Positions 48,255-59,091 of a stretch of 64,000 bases of DNA are shown here, piece after piece. The stretch is from a virus (taxonomy: Duplodnaviria > Caudoviricetes). The position numbers were made by a program, and so were the translations under genes. Location: positions 163,230 through 227,229 of IMG/VR virus record IMGVR_UViG_3300029305_003178; one strand, written 5' to 3'. Position 1 is the first letter of the stretch. Every line of letters starts with the position of its first letter. The notes under the pieces are model-generated. The model saw only the letters and a program-made list of their open reading frames with translations. It had not been told where the DNA came from and ran no database searches.

Positions 48255-49022
48255 ATGATTTATAAAAAGGATAATTATCTCAATAAAGATATTCAGTATC
48301 TGGTATCAAATGAGATAGTTGAATATGATATATCGAATGCTGGGTTTAATATTATAAAATACTTTAAGTTATTACCAGATGATATAATTGAGTATTTAGA
48401 TAAGTTACCTAAAGATAAACGAAAAGTTAGAATAGGTCTATATGAACGAGATGATAAAACTTTAGCAGAAAATATGTCTAAAGGATTCATGGAAGCTAGA
48501 AAAATGTTTTATGAAGCAAATAATTTGACAGATGACGATATTCTTTCTATAAAAAAGGATGCTTTATTTGTTACTAAGAGATGTCATAAAACAGTATTTG
48601 GTAATATAGAATTCAAGGAAAAGAATATTTATACATCATATTACTATTTGAATAAATTAGAATTTTATGTTGGTAAAGATACTATAGACATTAAAGGTAT
48701 AAATAATAAAACTCTAGAATTACATAAGGATTATATGATAGATTTTTTATTTAAATTATTTAAAATGATTGAAACTGCTGATAGAAAGGTAGTAATAAAG
48801 AATCTTGTAGAATTTACTGATTATTATAAAAATCGTAAATTGGATGTCGGATATTATCGAGAACTGAATCGAGATAGTTTGTTTAGAATGCCACATAAAT
48901 TATCTAAATTAAATAATATCGTTATTGGTACAAATGATATGGATGAGGTTAATTTAGATACTATAGATATTTATTATAACTATATGATGTATATTGTACC
49001 TATAATACAATTATTACAATAA
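48255..49022 (+). CDS. Possible divergent DNA-polymerase palm-like protein
   Basis: IVEYDISNAGFNI and ILSIKKDALFV resemble palm motifs A and C. Confidence 0.4.
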   Translation: MIYKKDNYLNKDIQYLVSNEIVEYDISNAGFNIIKYFKLLPDDIIEYLDKLPKDKRKVRIGLYERDDKTLAENMSKGFMEARKMFYEANNLTDDDILSIKKDALFVTKRCHKTVFGNIEFKEKNIYTSYYYLNKLEFYVGKDTIDIKGINNKTLELHKDYMIDFLFKLFKMIETADRKVVIKNLVEFTDYYKNRKLDVGYYRELNRDSLFRMPHKLSKLNNIVIGTNDMDEVNLDTIDIYYNYMMYIVPIIQLLQ

Positions 49023-49041
49023 AATACCGAAAAGTAAGTTT

Positions 49042-49470
49042 TTACTTACTTTTCGGTTTATTTGCTGCAATGTAGTCTACCATGAATTGTTGTGCTCTTC
49101 TTGTAATCATTTGAATAACATACTCTTCACTATAAACTGAATATAATGTATTTCTAAATTCTGCACTGAATGCATGAATAACATCAGTTGTCATATTTGT
49201 AATTTCATCATCCATATTTGGAATTATTGTTAATTCTCTTAGTTTAAAATAAAGAAGATACTTATTTTGCTTAATCTCATCAAATATAGTATCAATATGT
49301 TTATTGATTTCATCTATTGATAAATTTAATTTTACTGTACTTGGTGCATTATTTGTAGACTCACTAATTTTTTTGTCAAGTTTATTAACTTTATCTGTTA
49401 AAATAAAATTACCAATATTAGTAGCCATAATAGCAAGTGCGATTATAACACAAGCAATTTCAATCGTCAT
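49042..49470 (-). CDS. Membrane protein with an N-terminal TM helix
   Basis: Hydrophobic IACVIIALAIMATNIGNFIL. Confidence 0.65.
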   Translation of the reverse strand: MTIEIACVIIALAIMATNIGNFILTDKVNKLDKKISESTNNAPSTVKLNLSIDEINKHIDTIFDEIKQNKYLLYFKLRELTIIPNMDDEITNMTTDVIHAFSAEFRNTLYSVYSEEYVIQMITRRAQQFMVDYIAANKPKSK

Positions 49471-49489
49471 GCCTTATCCCCCAATTCTA

Positions 49490-50248
49490 TTAATCCATAT
49501 CCAGCTTTTCTATCGTTCTTTTTAAGTCTAATACATGTTTATCGAAAGTATCGTATTTATGAGATAATTCGATGTATTTATTTATTTTAGTTTTTAATTC
49601 CTCGTTATATCTAATACCTTCAGAATATTTATTTAAGAATGTATTGATATCACCGAAGCCCATTTTCATATTTAAAAATACATTGTTTTCATGAACCTGT
49701 TCATGAACAGTTTCACATAAGTTAACTGTTTGTATATTTAATTCAAAATGCTCATCTATAATAGCTTTAGCTATTCTAAATGTAGTTATTTTCTTTCCTG
49801 TGTTAATATAATGATCTAACACTATAGCAACACAATCAAATAATGTTAAAATAGGTCCATGATGCATTTCAATTTTAGTATAAGCGTCTTCACTATCAGG
49901 TTTAACATTTGATAATACCTGACAGAAATCTAATCCTAAATCATTTTTTAAATATGCTATATACTGCTTATAATATTTAGATCTACGGACTGATCTTTCA
50001 ACATCTTTAATAAACTTAACAAAGTTATCAAGATTAGAAAAATAGTCAGCATCTTTATAATAATCGATAGCAAATGAACTAGCATCAGAATCTATTCGTG
50101 GGTTCTTCTTTTTTTTACTAAATTCCACACCAGGAATATTATTCATAATACCATTCCTTTCTTTAAAAAATAAGTATTTAAAACACATTATATTAATAAC
50201 TTGTTTTATTTTAATAAAAATACACGAGAATTTGCGAGGTGGTAACAT
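49490..50248 (-). CDS. His-rich HNH-like fold protein (true start probably MNNIPG, ~50146)
   Basis: C..IEMHHGPILTL...LCETVHEQVH; AACA-N6-TA at 50194-50205 (-). Confidence 0.65.
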   Translation of the reverse strand: MLPPRKFSCIFIKIKQVINIMCFKYLFFKERNGIMNNIPGVEFSKKKKNPRIDSDASSFAIDYYKDADYFSNLDNFVKFIKDVERSVRRSKYYKQYIAYLKNDLGLDFCQVLSNVKPDSEDAYTKIEMHHGPILTLFDCVAIVLDHYINTGKKITTFRIAKAIIDEHFELNIQTVNLCETVHEQVHENNVFLNMKMGFGDINTFLNKYSEGIRYNEELKTKINKYIELSHKYDTFDKHVLDLKRTIEKLDMD

Positions 50249-53230
50249 ATGCTTCTCGATACAATAACAAAGGATCTCAAGATCCTTATTAATAGTGCCG
50301 TTATTAAATATAATAGAGATGCTAAAGCTTACGAAACAGTAGAATCATTGCGTGAATCTGATGATTTTATTGCCGCATCATTAGGTTATGATAGTTTTGA
50401 TAGTTATCGTAGTTTTAGTATAGAGGCACTGGAAGCAGCAGGATTAAAATATCCTGAATATAACACATTAGAGATTTTTGAAAATAAAAATCTTATTCCT
50501 AGAACTAAAAGGATGGAAGTCGTAAAACAGCAAAGAAAAATAATTATTAGAGATTACGTTGAGAAAAATGATTATTATAGAGCTTTAGCTGGATTACCCC
50601 CATATAATGAAAAAGAAGAGAACTTCTTTAGAGTCGATAATGAAACAGCTTATTTAGCAAATGTTGATAATGACAAGTATCTTCATGAGATGGATGATAC
50701 TGAAATTTATCGTCTTGATGCTGTTGGTTACATAAAAGATTTGATTAGTAAAAATCCTGATAAGATATATTTAAAATATCTTGGTATGGGTAAAGTTGAT
50801 ATTCTGAAAGCTAGAACCGCTAAAAACTTTTCTATTCTTAAAATTAGTAAAAGTGTTCCACAAGCGTTCTATGATCAATTCATTGAGACTTATGAAATAT
50901 GTAGAGAGTACACTATGACTGTATTATATAATAATAAGATGGATGATTCTTATGAATTATATGATAATTTTATGGCACTAGCTACTATGGTGATGACTAT
51001 TCAGAGAATAATCACCACTAGTATTAAATTCGGCATTTCTAGAGATTTCTATGATTGGACATTTATTCAGAATTTATATGAAATGTATAGAATTCCATTT
51101 ATTGAAACTATGCCAATTGAATATCACGTAACATTGGTTAAAAACTTTAATATTTTATTACAACATAAGAGCACTGATAGAGTTTTCTTTGATATATTAT
51201 CATTATTGGGATTTGAGCGAATGATGATCTACAGATACTATCTGATTAGAAAACATAAGCTTGATGAAAATGAGCAACCGATATTTATATATAAACAGAA
51301 AACTGACGAAGAAGGAAATAAATATTGGACAGAAGATTTAGATAAGATGTTTGAAATCTATTTCCAGAAAGTAAATATTAGAGAAGATAATGTGGTATTA
51401 CAATTAGAGGATTTATCCAATAAGTTGGATTATAATGAAACTATATTAGAAGATCCTTATTGGTTTGAAGATGAAGATGTAATCAATAAGAAGTATGAAT
51501 GTACATATAACTATCAAGAAACAAAATACGTTGATACTACACTTATGTACAAAATGACAAAAATGTTATTTGAAATAACATACTTGTTTAGAATGATACT
51601 TGATAGAAAATCTGATACTGAAAATATAATGATTGATTTACCTAAGATTTATTCAGATAAATCATTTAGATTATTCGATGTTGTTATATTCTTAGTATCT
51701 CTTATGTGTAAACTTCGTGGATTTAAAGATTATACGATTACTCAACCATATAAGATCAGTAATATAATACATGATCAAATATATGGCTTTGATTTTACAG
51801 AAGAGGCTATAGATGCTATTAAAAAACTGGTAGAAGAAAATAAAAAGATTGTCGATCCAAGTATTTTGAATTATGTAACAAATCTTAATATTACTTCTGA
51901 TGCCGATATCGATAGACTTTATTTACAGATTAAAGATTTCTATGATTTATTAGTAGATAAGATGTATGAGTCTCAAGATATTAGAGAATATCATCTGTAT
52001 AAATCTATTTTTGAAACTATGATGGTTGAAAAAATAAACAATGAAATGTTTACTGTTAGAAAAAAAGATCATGTTACGGGTAAATTATATGATACTCCTG
52101 CCAAGACATACTTAGAGTATCTTCAGTTTACAGATCCTGTATTAGCCACATTAGTTGAAACTAGTAATGAGAGCGACCTAAATACTATGGTAGAACATGT
52201 ATTATTTAAACTCAATGAGATAATTTTATCTGGTGAGTTTTTCTACTTATTAACTGATGGTATAAGCCCTGCAGTTTCAGCTGTTGTTGAATTGCTTAAA
52301 TTCTTTAAATCTTATACTATAGAATTTGCAGCATTTAATATAATCTATCTATTCGATTCTAAGCATTATAATGCTATAAAATTATTGGGTGATTTACATA
52401 TGATGTACGTCAATATGTGGATAGATGATCATGAAACGGGTTGGCAATATGACGATAAGATGGATACACTCTCATTAAAATTATCAGATATTAAAGATCA
52501 TATTGGTATTAATGATTATAATAAGGCTCATGCCCAGATTCAATTCATTTTTGAAGATGATATGGATATAAGAGATCAATTAGTTAGTATGACTACAGAA
52601 ATGATCTTAAAACATGAGATAAATCAATATGATAATATATCTAATATCTCTAAAGAAAATTTTGTTAAAGATATTTTCAATTTAACGGAATGGGTAACAT
52701 ATCAATTATATTTATATTTCAGTAATGATATGAAATTTATAGAAGAAATAAAGGATGTTATCACAAATATGGATATAGACGAAAATGATTTGAATTTTTA
52801 TGATACTATATACACATTATGTAATATGAAGTTTGATAACATTATTGATATGGATGAATCTTTAGCTCAATTGAGATCTAAAATTAATGCAAAAGATATC
52901 CTCATTGGTTTATCTGAAATTAATATAGATACAATAATGAAAATTATTGACGCATTCTTATTAAACCATTCCGATTCTATATATACAATGTATACTAAAG
53001 ATATGGTTAAAGATACCTTAAAGATTACAGAAAAAATTGCATTATGGTTCTTTACTATATATTATACAGATATTGTAGAATTTAAAGATAATCTTGGTAT
53101 GAGCATAAATATCTCATTACCTAAAGATAATATAAGAGGACAAGATTATATTCTTGGTAATAAAACATTATATCCAGAATCAGAAAAACTCTATAACAGA
53201 GAAAGTATTAAGTTATTTTATGAGGACTAA
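50249..53230 (+). CDS. Large probable virion (baseplate-like) protein
   Basis: 993 aa; YVEKNDYYRALAG; HKSTDRVFFDILSLLG; lies in a late gene cluster. Confidence 0.55.
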   Translation: MLLDTITKDLKILINSAVIKYNRDAKAYETVESLRESDDFIAASLGYDSFDSYRSFSIEALEAAGLKYPEYNTLEIFENKNLIPRTKRMEVVKQQRKIIIRDYVEKNDYYRALAGLPPYNEKEENFFRVDNETAYLANVDNDKYLHEMDDTEIYRLDAVGYIKDLISKNPDKIYLKYLGMGKVDILKARTAKNFSILKISKSVPQAFYDQFIETYEICREYTMTVLYNNKMDDSYELYDNFMALATMVMTIQRIITTSIKFGISRDFYDWTFIQNLYEMYRIPFIETMPIEYHVTLVKNFNILLQHKSTDRVFFDILSLLGFERMMIYRYYLIRKHKLDENEQPIFIYKQKTDEEGNKYWTEDLDKMFEIYFQKVNIREDNVVLQLEDLSNKLDYNETILEDPYWFEDEDVINKKYECTYNYQETKYVDTTLMYKMTKMLFEITYLFRMILDRKSDTENIMIDLPKIYSDKSFRLFDVVIFLVSLMCKLRGFKDYTITQPYKISNIIHDQIYGFDFTEEAIDAIKKLVEENKKIVDPSILNYVTNLNITSDADIDRLYLQIKDFYDLLVDKMYESQDIREYHLYKSIFETMMVEKINNEMFTVRKKDHVTGKLYDTPAKTYLEYLQFTDPVLATLVETSNESDLNTMVEHVLFKLNEIILSGEFFYLLTDGISPAVSAVVELLKFFKSYTIEFAAFNIIYLFDSKHYNAIKLLGDLHMMYVNMWIDDHETGWQYDDKMDTLSLKLSDIKDHIGINDYNKAHAQIQFIFEDDMDIRDQLVSMTTEMILKHEINQYDNISNISKENFVKDIFNLTEWVTYQLYLYFSNDMKFIEEIKDVITNMDIDENDLNFYDTIYTLCNMKFDNIIDMDESLAQLRSKINAKDILIGLSEINIDTIMKIIDAFLLNHSDSIYTMYTKDMVKDTLKITEKIALWFFTIYYTDIVEFKDNLGMSINISLPKDNIRGQDYILGNKTLYPESEKLYNRESIKLFYED

Positions 53231-53278
53231 TAAAAACATATTAGTAATCTACAGATTGTTAGAAAGGAATGATATATA

Positions 53279-54175
53279 ATGAGTACTATTAAAGTTAATG
53301 ATAAACTGAATTATAGTAAAGATTCCCTCGTATTTTCAGCTGAGTCCAAGCGTCAGAATAAACCTTATGCAAGAACAAAAATTATTGCTGGTACAGATGC
53401 ATATGTTGATGAAAGAGGTTTCACAAGATTCGGTTCAAAAATTTTTGAAGAAGAAAATATGATCGTTCTTGGCGGTGCATTATTTACACTGGAAAAAGTA
53501 TTTAATGTTAAATCTCCAATTACAGTATCTTATTTGAATGATATTATGGGTATCGCAACAGGTGGTCCCACAATTACAGAACACTATCCTAAAGATATGG
53601 GTGTATGTCTGTTTGGTGTAGGTATCGGTGGTGCTGGCGAATCTTTTACAGACGTAAAAGATGTTAGATACTACGAAAGAGAAATCATTGATATGGTTCC
53701 TCTGAGACAGACAGCAAATGAACTGTTAGACACAGAAAAAAATAAATACTGGTTCAAAAAGAAAGTTGAAGTAGATGGTATTGAAAAAACAGCATACTAT
53801 CTGAAAACATTTGAAACAGAACCTGAAATTAAAATTCTGTATAAAGATGCTGAAGGTGATGAAGACGGTTCTGAAGTACCTGAAGATGTATACAACTCAC
53901 CTGAATCAAATACAACACCTATTGAAACATTTATTGAGATCGTGTTTAAAATTACTAAAAAAGATGTTAGAGAATACTTCGAAGATAATGGTAACATCGA
54001 ACAGACTCGTGTAAACAGTATTGGTCTGTTTACAGGTGTGAAAGCTGTAATTGATGATGTTAGTGGTGAAGAAGATTACAAAAATGTAAGACTGTTCTCT
54101 AAACTGAATATCAATAACGAAATGCTGACAGTATCTAAAGATATTACTGTAGTATATCGTATCTATGCATCTTAA
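53279..54175 (+). CDS. Probable virion structural protein
   Basis: Late motif at 53235-53246, codon bias of a highly expressed gene, C-terminal RVNSIGLF...LFSKLNI...VVYRIY. Confidence 0.6.
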   Translation: MSTIKVNDKLNYSKDSLVFSAESKRQNKPYARTKIIAGTDAYVDERGFTRFGSKIFEEENMIVLGGALFTLEKVFNVKSPITVSYLNDIMGIATGGPTITEHYPKDMGVCLFGVGIGGAGESFTDVKDVRYYEREIIDMVPLRQTANELLDTEKNKYWFKKKVEVDGIEKTAYYLKTFETEPEIKILYKDAEGDEDGSEVPEDVYNSPESNTTPIETFIEIVFKITKKDVREYFEDNGNIEQTRVNSIGLFTGVKAVIDDVSGEEDYKNVRLFSKLNINNEMLTVSKDITVVYRIYAS

Positions 54176-54291
54176 TTTAGATTTTTCATGATCATAGATC
54201 TCCTTTCTATATTCAAGAGATACGGATAATCCCGTATCTCTTGATTGTTTTTTCTTCTTAACAAAACAAAAATATAAGATATTTTAAATAG

Positions 54292-54666
54292 TTGCATCGG
54301 AATGAAAGGGGATCTATTATGCAAAATAATTATGAATTTGAGGGATTATACTTAGCTTCAGCATATACAACTATAGTCGAATCAGTTAATGAAATATTTT
54401 CTATATTGGTTAATAATGATTCTGCATCTAATATGTTTTTAGAAAATAATGAAACCGATATTATAACTAAAACGTATGCGATGATAAAAAATTCTGATTA
54501 TTTAACAAATAATGTTATTAAATCATTAGTGTCACAAAATACTATAATGGTATTATCATATGCATTATTGCATAATGATGATTCTTATGTTGATATAACA
54601 TCTGATCAGTTGTATAAAGCTATGGACTATTTCTCAAATGTCATCCACAAAAATTATCATTTTTAA
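54292..54666 (+). CDS. Hypothetical protein (likely start at ATG ~54319)
   Basis: AAAGGGG RBS; late motif at 54265-54276. Confidence 0.6.
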   Translation: MHRNERGSIMQNNYEFEGLYLASAYTTIVESVNEIFSILVNNDSASNMFLENNETDIITKTYAMIKNSDYLTNNVIKSLVSQNTIMVLSYALLHNDDSYVDITSDQLYKAMDYFSNVIHKNYHF

Positions 54667-54671
54667 AGGAA

Positions 54672-57011
54672 GTGAAATGGATGGGAGCATTATCTAAACA
54701 GTATAAAGATATGCTATTATCACTCAAAGTATCTGATATAACATCAACGTTATTAGTTGATTTATTTTCTGATAGAGCGGTACGAACTGGTGATAAAGTT
54801 AAGATAGTTAATAGTAAAATTAATACAAATGATACATTTGTATTAGAAGCCAATGAGTATTTTAATAAAATTAAAATTACAACTAATGCCGGATTATTCA
54901 TAATCAATAAGTTATTATTTGAAGAAGATTTAAAAGATGTAACTGGTTATGTAAATGATCCGATTACTAAAAAGGTACAAGAAAAAATAGAAGCTAAAAT
55001 TTCTGATGCATTAATGAACGATATCATTACACCAGAACAGTTTGCCAAATATCTTAATAGATTGCAGTGGTTTTCAAAACAGTTTAACTCTATGATTTCA
55101 ACATCATTCAGTCCAAATACTATTAAACCAGTTAAATCTGCAATTAAATTAAGAGATGATATGATTAAGCAGAATAAAGATGCTTTGGCAGAAGGTGATC
55201 TAATTGCTGGTGTACAGATTGAAAATGCTGTTAAAGAAGAAGCTAAGAAACACTTAAAAGGTGATCATGGTATGAATCTATATGATTCAGGTGCCAGAGG
55301 TTCCTTTGATAATAACTATAAAAATATGATGTTAGTTAAAGGACCAGTTGCCGATCCTACTACAGGTAAATATGATTTCGTAGGATCAAATCTCATGGAT
55401 GGTATTAAAAAAGAAGAACTTCCTGTATATGGTACAGCGATTGTCAATGGTACATATCCTAAGTCCATAAAATGTCTTGTGGCTACATATGGCGACATAT
55501 GTAGAAAACTCTCTTAATTGCTGGGAAATCTCAATTATGAGACAATCAGCAGCATGTTACTAGATTATAAAAAGTCCCCCTAATTAAATTAATTCTATTT
55601 AAACATAATATAAAATTAATTTTATTGGGGTGATTGATATATGAAAAAAGAAAAATGGAAAAAAATCTTTATAGATAATGAAGAATGGAATTACGAAATA
55701 TCTAATATGGGAAATATTAGAAATTATACAACTAAAAAGCTATTAACACCATTTTTAAGTAATAGTGGTTACTATAGAGTCGCATTAAGTAAAAACGGAA
55801 TAAAGAAAAAATACTCTGTACATAGATTAGTAGCTATTCATTTTGTACCAATAAAAAAGAAATATATAAAACAGAATTTGACATATGATGACTTAGTTCC
55901 AAATCATATAGATGCAAATAAAACACATAATGTAAAATCTAATTTAGAATGGGTTACTATAAAGGAAAATCATAATCATATAGTAAAAAAGAAGGGACTT
56001 GAGTTAAATTTTATTGGTGAAAAATGTCATTTGGCTAAAATGGATAATAATACTGCATTAAAGTGCTGTCAATTATTATCTCAGGGTAAAAGTACAAAAG
56101 AAATATCTGAACTATTAAACGTATCCAAAAAATCAGTACAGCATATAAAAAATAGAGAGACGTGGTGTTTATTATCTAAAGATTTCGTATTTCCAAAACT
56201 GAATGAGTCTATACCATATTCAATATCTGTAGAAACTATTCATAATATATGTAAACTTTTAGAACAGGGTATATATACTGATACATATATTGCTAAAACT
56301 ACGAATACTAAAAGAGAATATGTTAGAAATATTCGTATAAAAAAACTAAGAACGGATATATCGAAGGATTATAATTTTTAAGTAGCATGTTCAACGACTA
56401 TCGAAAGGATAATATAAGAGAAATACTTATATGAATAACCGAGTAGAGTACACTCAAGTGAGTGGAAACAGAGAGCATCTTATATTTGGTAACAGAATAT
56501 AAGATGATGATATAGTCTAATCTACATGGCAACATGTAGCAGTTCATAAGAGAACGATATAAGAGTAACGGTCTTATATGAATATAAATGAGGAACAGCT
56601 GTTTCTGGTGACTATTCTAAACAGCTAACAGCAGCATTCCAAGGTATCGTTGCAGATAAACCTGGCTCAGATTGTGGTACAAAGAATACATTAAAAGTAT
56701 TTATCAAAGCAAATAGACGACAGGATTTTATTGGTAGACATATTATGGTTAATGGTAAACCATTATTATTAACTAATAATAATATTGATAAGTACCTTAA
56801 CACTACTGTAAATCTTAGATCACCAATGTATTGTCAATCTGATAAGCTTTGTAGTGTTTGTTCTGATAAACGATTTGAACAGCTCGGTATTACAAATATT
56901 GGTTTAACTGCATCTAAAATGAGTGGTACATTGCTTAATGCTGGTATGAAATCATTCCATGATAGTACAGCAAAAATCACTAAAATTAATATCGATCAAA
57001 TTACATTATAA
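54672..57011 (+). CDS. RNA polymerase beta'-like C-terminal subunit, spliced (exon 1 ~54672/54681-55468, exon 2 56591-57011)
   Basis: SGARGS; spliced junction YPKSI-GTAVSGDYSKQL (bridge helix); SDCGT; CSVC; IGLTASKMSGTLLNAGMKSFH (trigger loop). Confidence 0.9.
55469..56590 (+). mobile_element. Group I self-splicing intron carrying an HNH endonuclease
   Basis: 5' exon ends in U (CCAT) pairing with IGS GTGG; core elements AATTGCTGGGAA, AATCAGCAGC, TTCAACGACTA, GATATAGTC; terminal G at 56590; removal restores the reading frame. Confidence 0.92.
55641..56381 (+). CDS. Intron-encoded NUMOD4/HNH homing endonuclease
   Basis: EKWKKI..YEISNMGNIR, VHRLVAIHF, NHIDANKTHNVKSNLEWVTIKEN; two C-terminal HTH-like repeats. 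Confidence 0.92.
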   Translation: MKKEKWKKIFIDNEEWNYEISNMGNIRNYTTKKLLTPFLSNSGYYRVALSKNGIKKKYSVHRLVAIHFVPIKKKYIKQNLTYDDLVPNHIDANKTHNVKSNLEWVTIKENHNHIVKKKGLELNFIGEKCHLAKMDNNTALKCCQLLSQGKSTKEISELLNVSKKSVQHIKNRETWCLLSKDFVFPKLNESIPYSISVETIHNICKLLEQGIYTDTYIAKTTNTKREYVRNIRIKKLRTDISKDYNF

Positions 57012-57177
57012 ATATATATTATCTATATGAGTAATTCAACATATTACTCATATAGATATTTATTTTTAAAGGATGGTGATATTTAAAAAATCGATTAACA
57101 AAAATATATAATATGTTACTAGAGGTATAGAATAATTATTCTATACTTCGATTTAATAAAGGAGATGATAATGAGTT

Positions 57178-58632
57178 ATGGGAAAGAAAAAGAAGAAAAG
57201 AAAGAAACCAGTTGGTGTAAAATTGGTAAAGCTTAACTGGGATGAAGAATGTAGAAATGACATGACTTTTGGTAGAGGGTTTGAGATTACTGAACCCGCT
57301 ATTGTAAATAAAGATCAAAAGTCTATGAATGGTATTCAATCTCCTAGATTTGCGACAGACTGGTCTGATGAAGACGCATTTAGTGAAAGATATAAATGTA
57401 AATGTGGTGCACTAAAAGGTAGAGTATTTGAAGGGGAAATCTGTGCTCAGTGTAATCACGAAGTTAAATTTACTGATGTAGATTTATCCATTACAGGTTG
57501 GATTAAATTAAAGAATAACTATATTATTCAACCAATATACTATAATAAGTTAAAAGCTATTATTGGTAAAAACGAATTCCCTGATATTATTAACTATAAT
57601 AAAGTTATTAATAGAGATGGTAAAGTTGAAGATAAGAAATCTTCTAAGAATCCATTTTATGGAATCGGCCTTGTTGAATTTAGAGAAAGATTCGACGAGA
57701 TTTTAGACTACTATAAAAGAAAGAAAAAGAATATGGCTGAATTAATTGCGGAAGTAGAAGAAGACAAAGATAAAGTATTTGCATCTTCTATTCCAGTGTA
57801 TTCTTCTGTTTTAAGACCTATTTCATTTAGATCCGACTCATTCTTCTATACTCAAATTGATAGGGCATTTAACTCTATATTCGCTACATCAAGATTATTG
57901 AATGATGCTGAGTATTTTGAAGAAAGAAGAAAAAAATGGAAAAAAGAAAAGAGAGAAAGAATGGATATTCCAACAATGCTTTCTTCCATTCAGAATAAAT
58001 TAATGGAATTATGGGAACTTGTATTTGAAAGTATTGACTCTAAAGAAGGTCATATTAAATCGGATATATTAGGGGGTATGATCAACTGGTCTAGCCGTGA
58101 TGTTATTGTACCAGACCCCACATTAAAATCAGATGAAGTTAGATTAAATTATGCAGCTTTCTTAGAATTATTTAGCTATGAGATCATTGCACATCTTGTG
58201 AAAATTGCTGATATAACAGAAAATGAAGCATATGATCAATGGTGTAGAGCTAAAATAGAATACAGTCCTAAGATTTATGAAATTATGAATTATATTCTTA
58301 AAACTCATAAGCCTAGAATTATTATAAATAGGAACCCAACTATCAATTATGGTAGTTTACTTTGTGTAAAAATTAAGAGTATTAAAAATAAATATAGTGA
58401 TGACTATACAATGTCTTTACCTATTCAGATTCTTACAGTATTAAATGCAGACTTCGACGGTGATATTCTTAATGTAATATCTCTTAAAACAAAAAGTCTC
58501 ACTAAAGAGTATGATAAAGTATTTAATCCTAGAAAGAATATGTATATTAGTAGAAATGACGGTCTATTTAATAATGATTTCAATTTATTGAAGGATCAGC
58601 TTATAGGCCTATATCAATTCAATAATATTTAA
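57178..58632 (+). CDS. RNA polymerase beta'-like N-terminal (catalytic) subunit, possibly of the non-virion RNAP
   Basis: Zn finger CKCG...CAQC, SRDVIVPD, INRNPTI, LNADFDGD; early motif at 57010. Confidence 0.93.
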   Translation: MGKKKKKRKKPVGVKLVKLNWDEECRNDMTFGRGFEITEPAIVNKDQKSMNGIQSPRFATDWSDEDAFSERYKCKCGALKGRVFEGEICAQCNHEVKFTDVDLSITGWIKLKNNYIIQPIYYNKLKAIIGKNEFPDIINYNKVINRDGKVEDKKSSKNPFYGIGLVEFRERFDEILDYYKRKKKNMAELIAEVEEDKDKVFASSIPVYSSVLRPISFRSDSFFYTQIDRAFNSIFATSRLLNDAEYFEERRKKWKKEKRERMDIPTMLSSIQNKLMELWELVFESIDSKEGHIKSDILGGMINWSSRDVIVPDPTLKSDEVRLNYAAFLELFSYEIIAHLVKIADITENEAYDQWCRAKIEYSPKIYEIMNYILKTHKPRIIINRNPTINYGSLLCVKIKSIKNKYSDDYTMSLPIQILTVLNADFDGDILNVISLKTKSLTKEYDKVFNPRKNMYISRNDGLFNNDFNLLKDQLIGLYQFNNI

Positions 58633-58653
58633 AATAAAGCAGGGAGATTACAA

Positions 58654-59091
58654 ATGAGTAATAAACTTTATAGAATGGAAGAAGTTGGGAAATTAGTCAA
58701 GGATAATTTCCCTGCTGATTCTGTAAATAGTGCATATATACATTCCGAAACTTTATATAGAAAATGTGAAGATGGGCAAGAATTCACTAATAAACTATAT
58801 CCAATTTTATTAGACACCATACAGAAATATGTAGAAACTGCAAATAAAATGTATGATGAACAAAATTGGGAAATTTCCCATAAACATCGTGATGAATTGG
58901 ATAATATAATTTATGAGTTAGAATTATTAGTTACAACAATTATGCATAATCATATATGTAAAACGAAAGAGATTCGTGATAGAGTTGATGAAGCTATATA
59001 TAATGGTTATGGTTATGAAAAGCAAATAATTCTTGATAAGAAAATTGTATTAGCCAATAATATAAGTATGGGCGGTGAAGAAAATGAATAA
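58654..59091 (+). CDS. Hypothetical protein, tandem paralog of the next gene
   Basis: LYPIL...YELELLVTTI...GYGYEKQIIL. Confidence 0.7.
   Translation: MSNKLYRMEEVGKLVKDNFPADSVNSAYIHSETLYRKCEDGQEFTNKLYPILLDTIQKYVETANKMYDEQNWEISHKHRDELDNIIYELELLVTTIMHNHICKTKEIRDRVDEAIYNGYGYEKQIILDKKIVLANNISMGGEENE

Noticed and set aside
55469-55517. C-terminus KCLVATYGDICRKLS of ORF 54672-55517, and 56745-57011 as a separate gene
   Set aside because: The first is read-through into the intron; the second is part of exon 2, which starts at 56591
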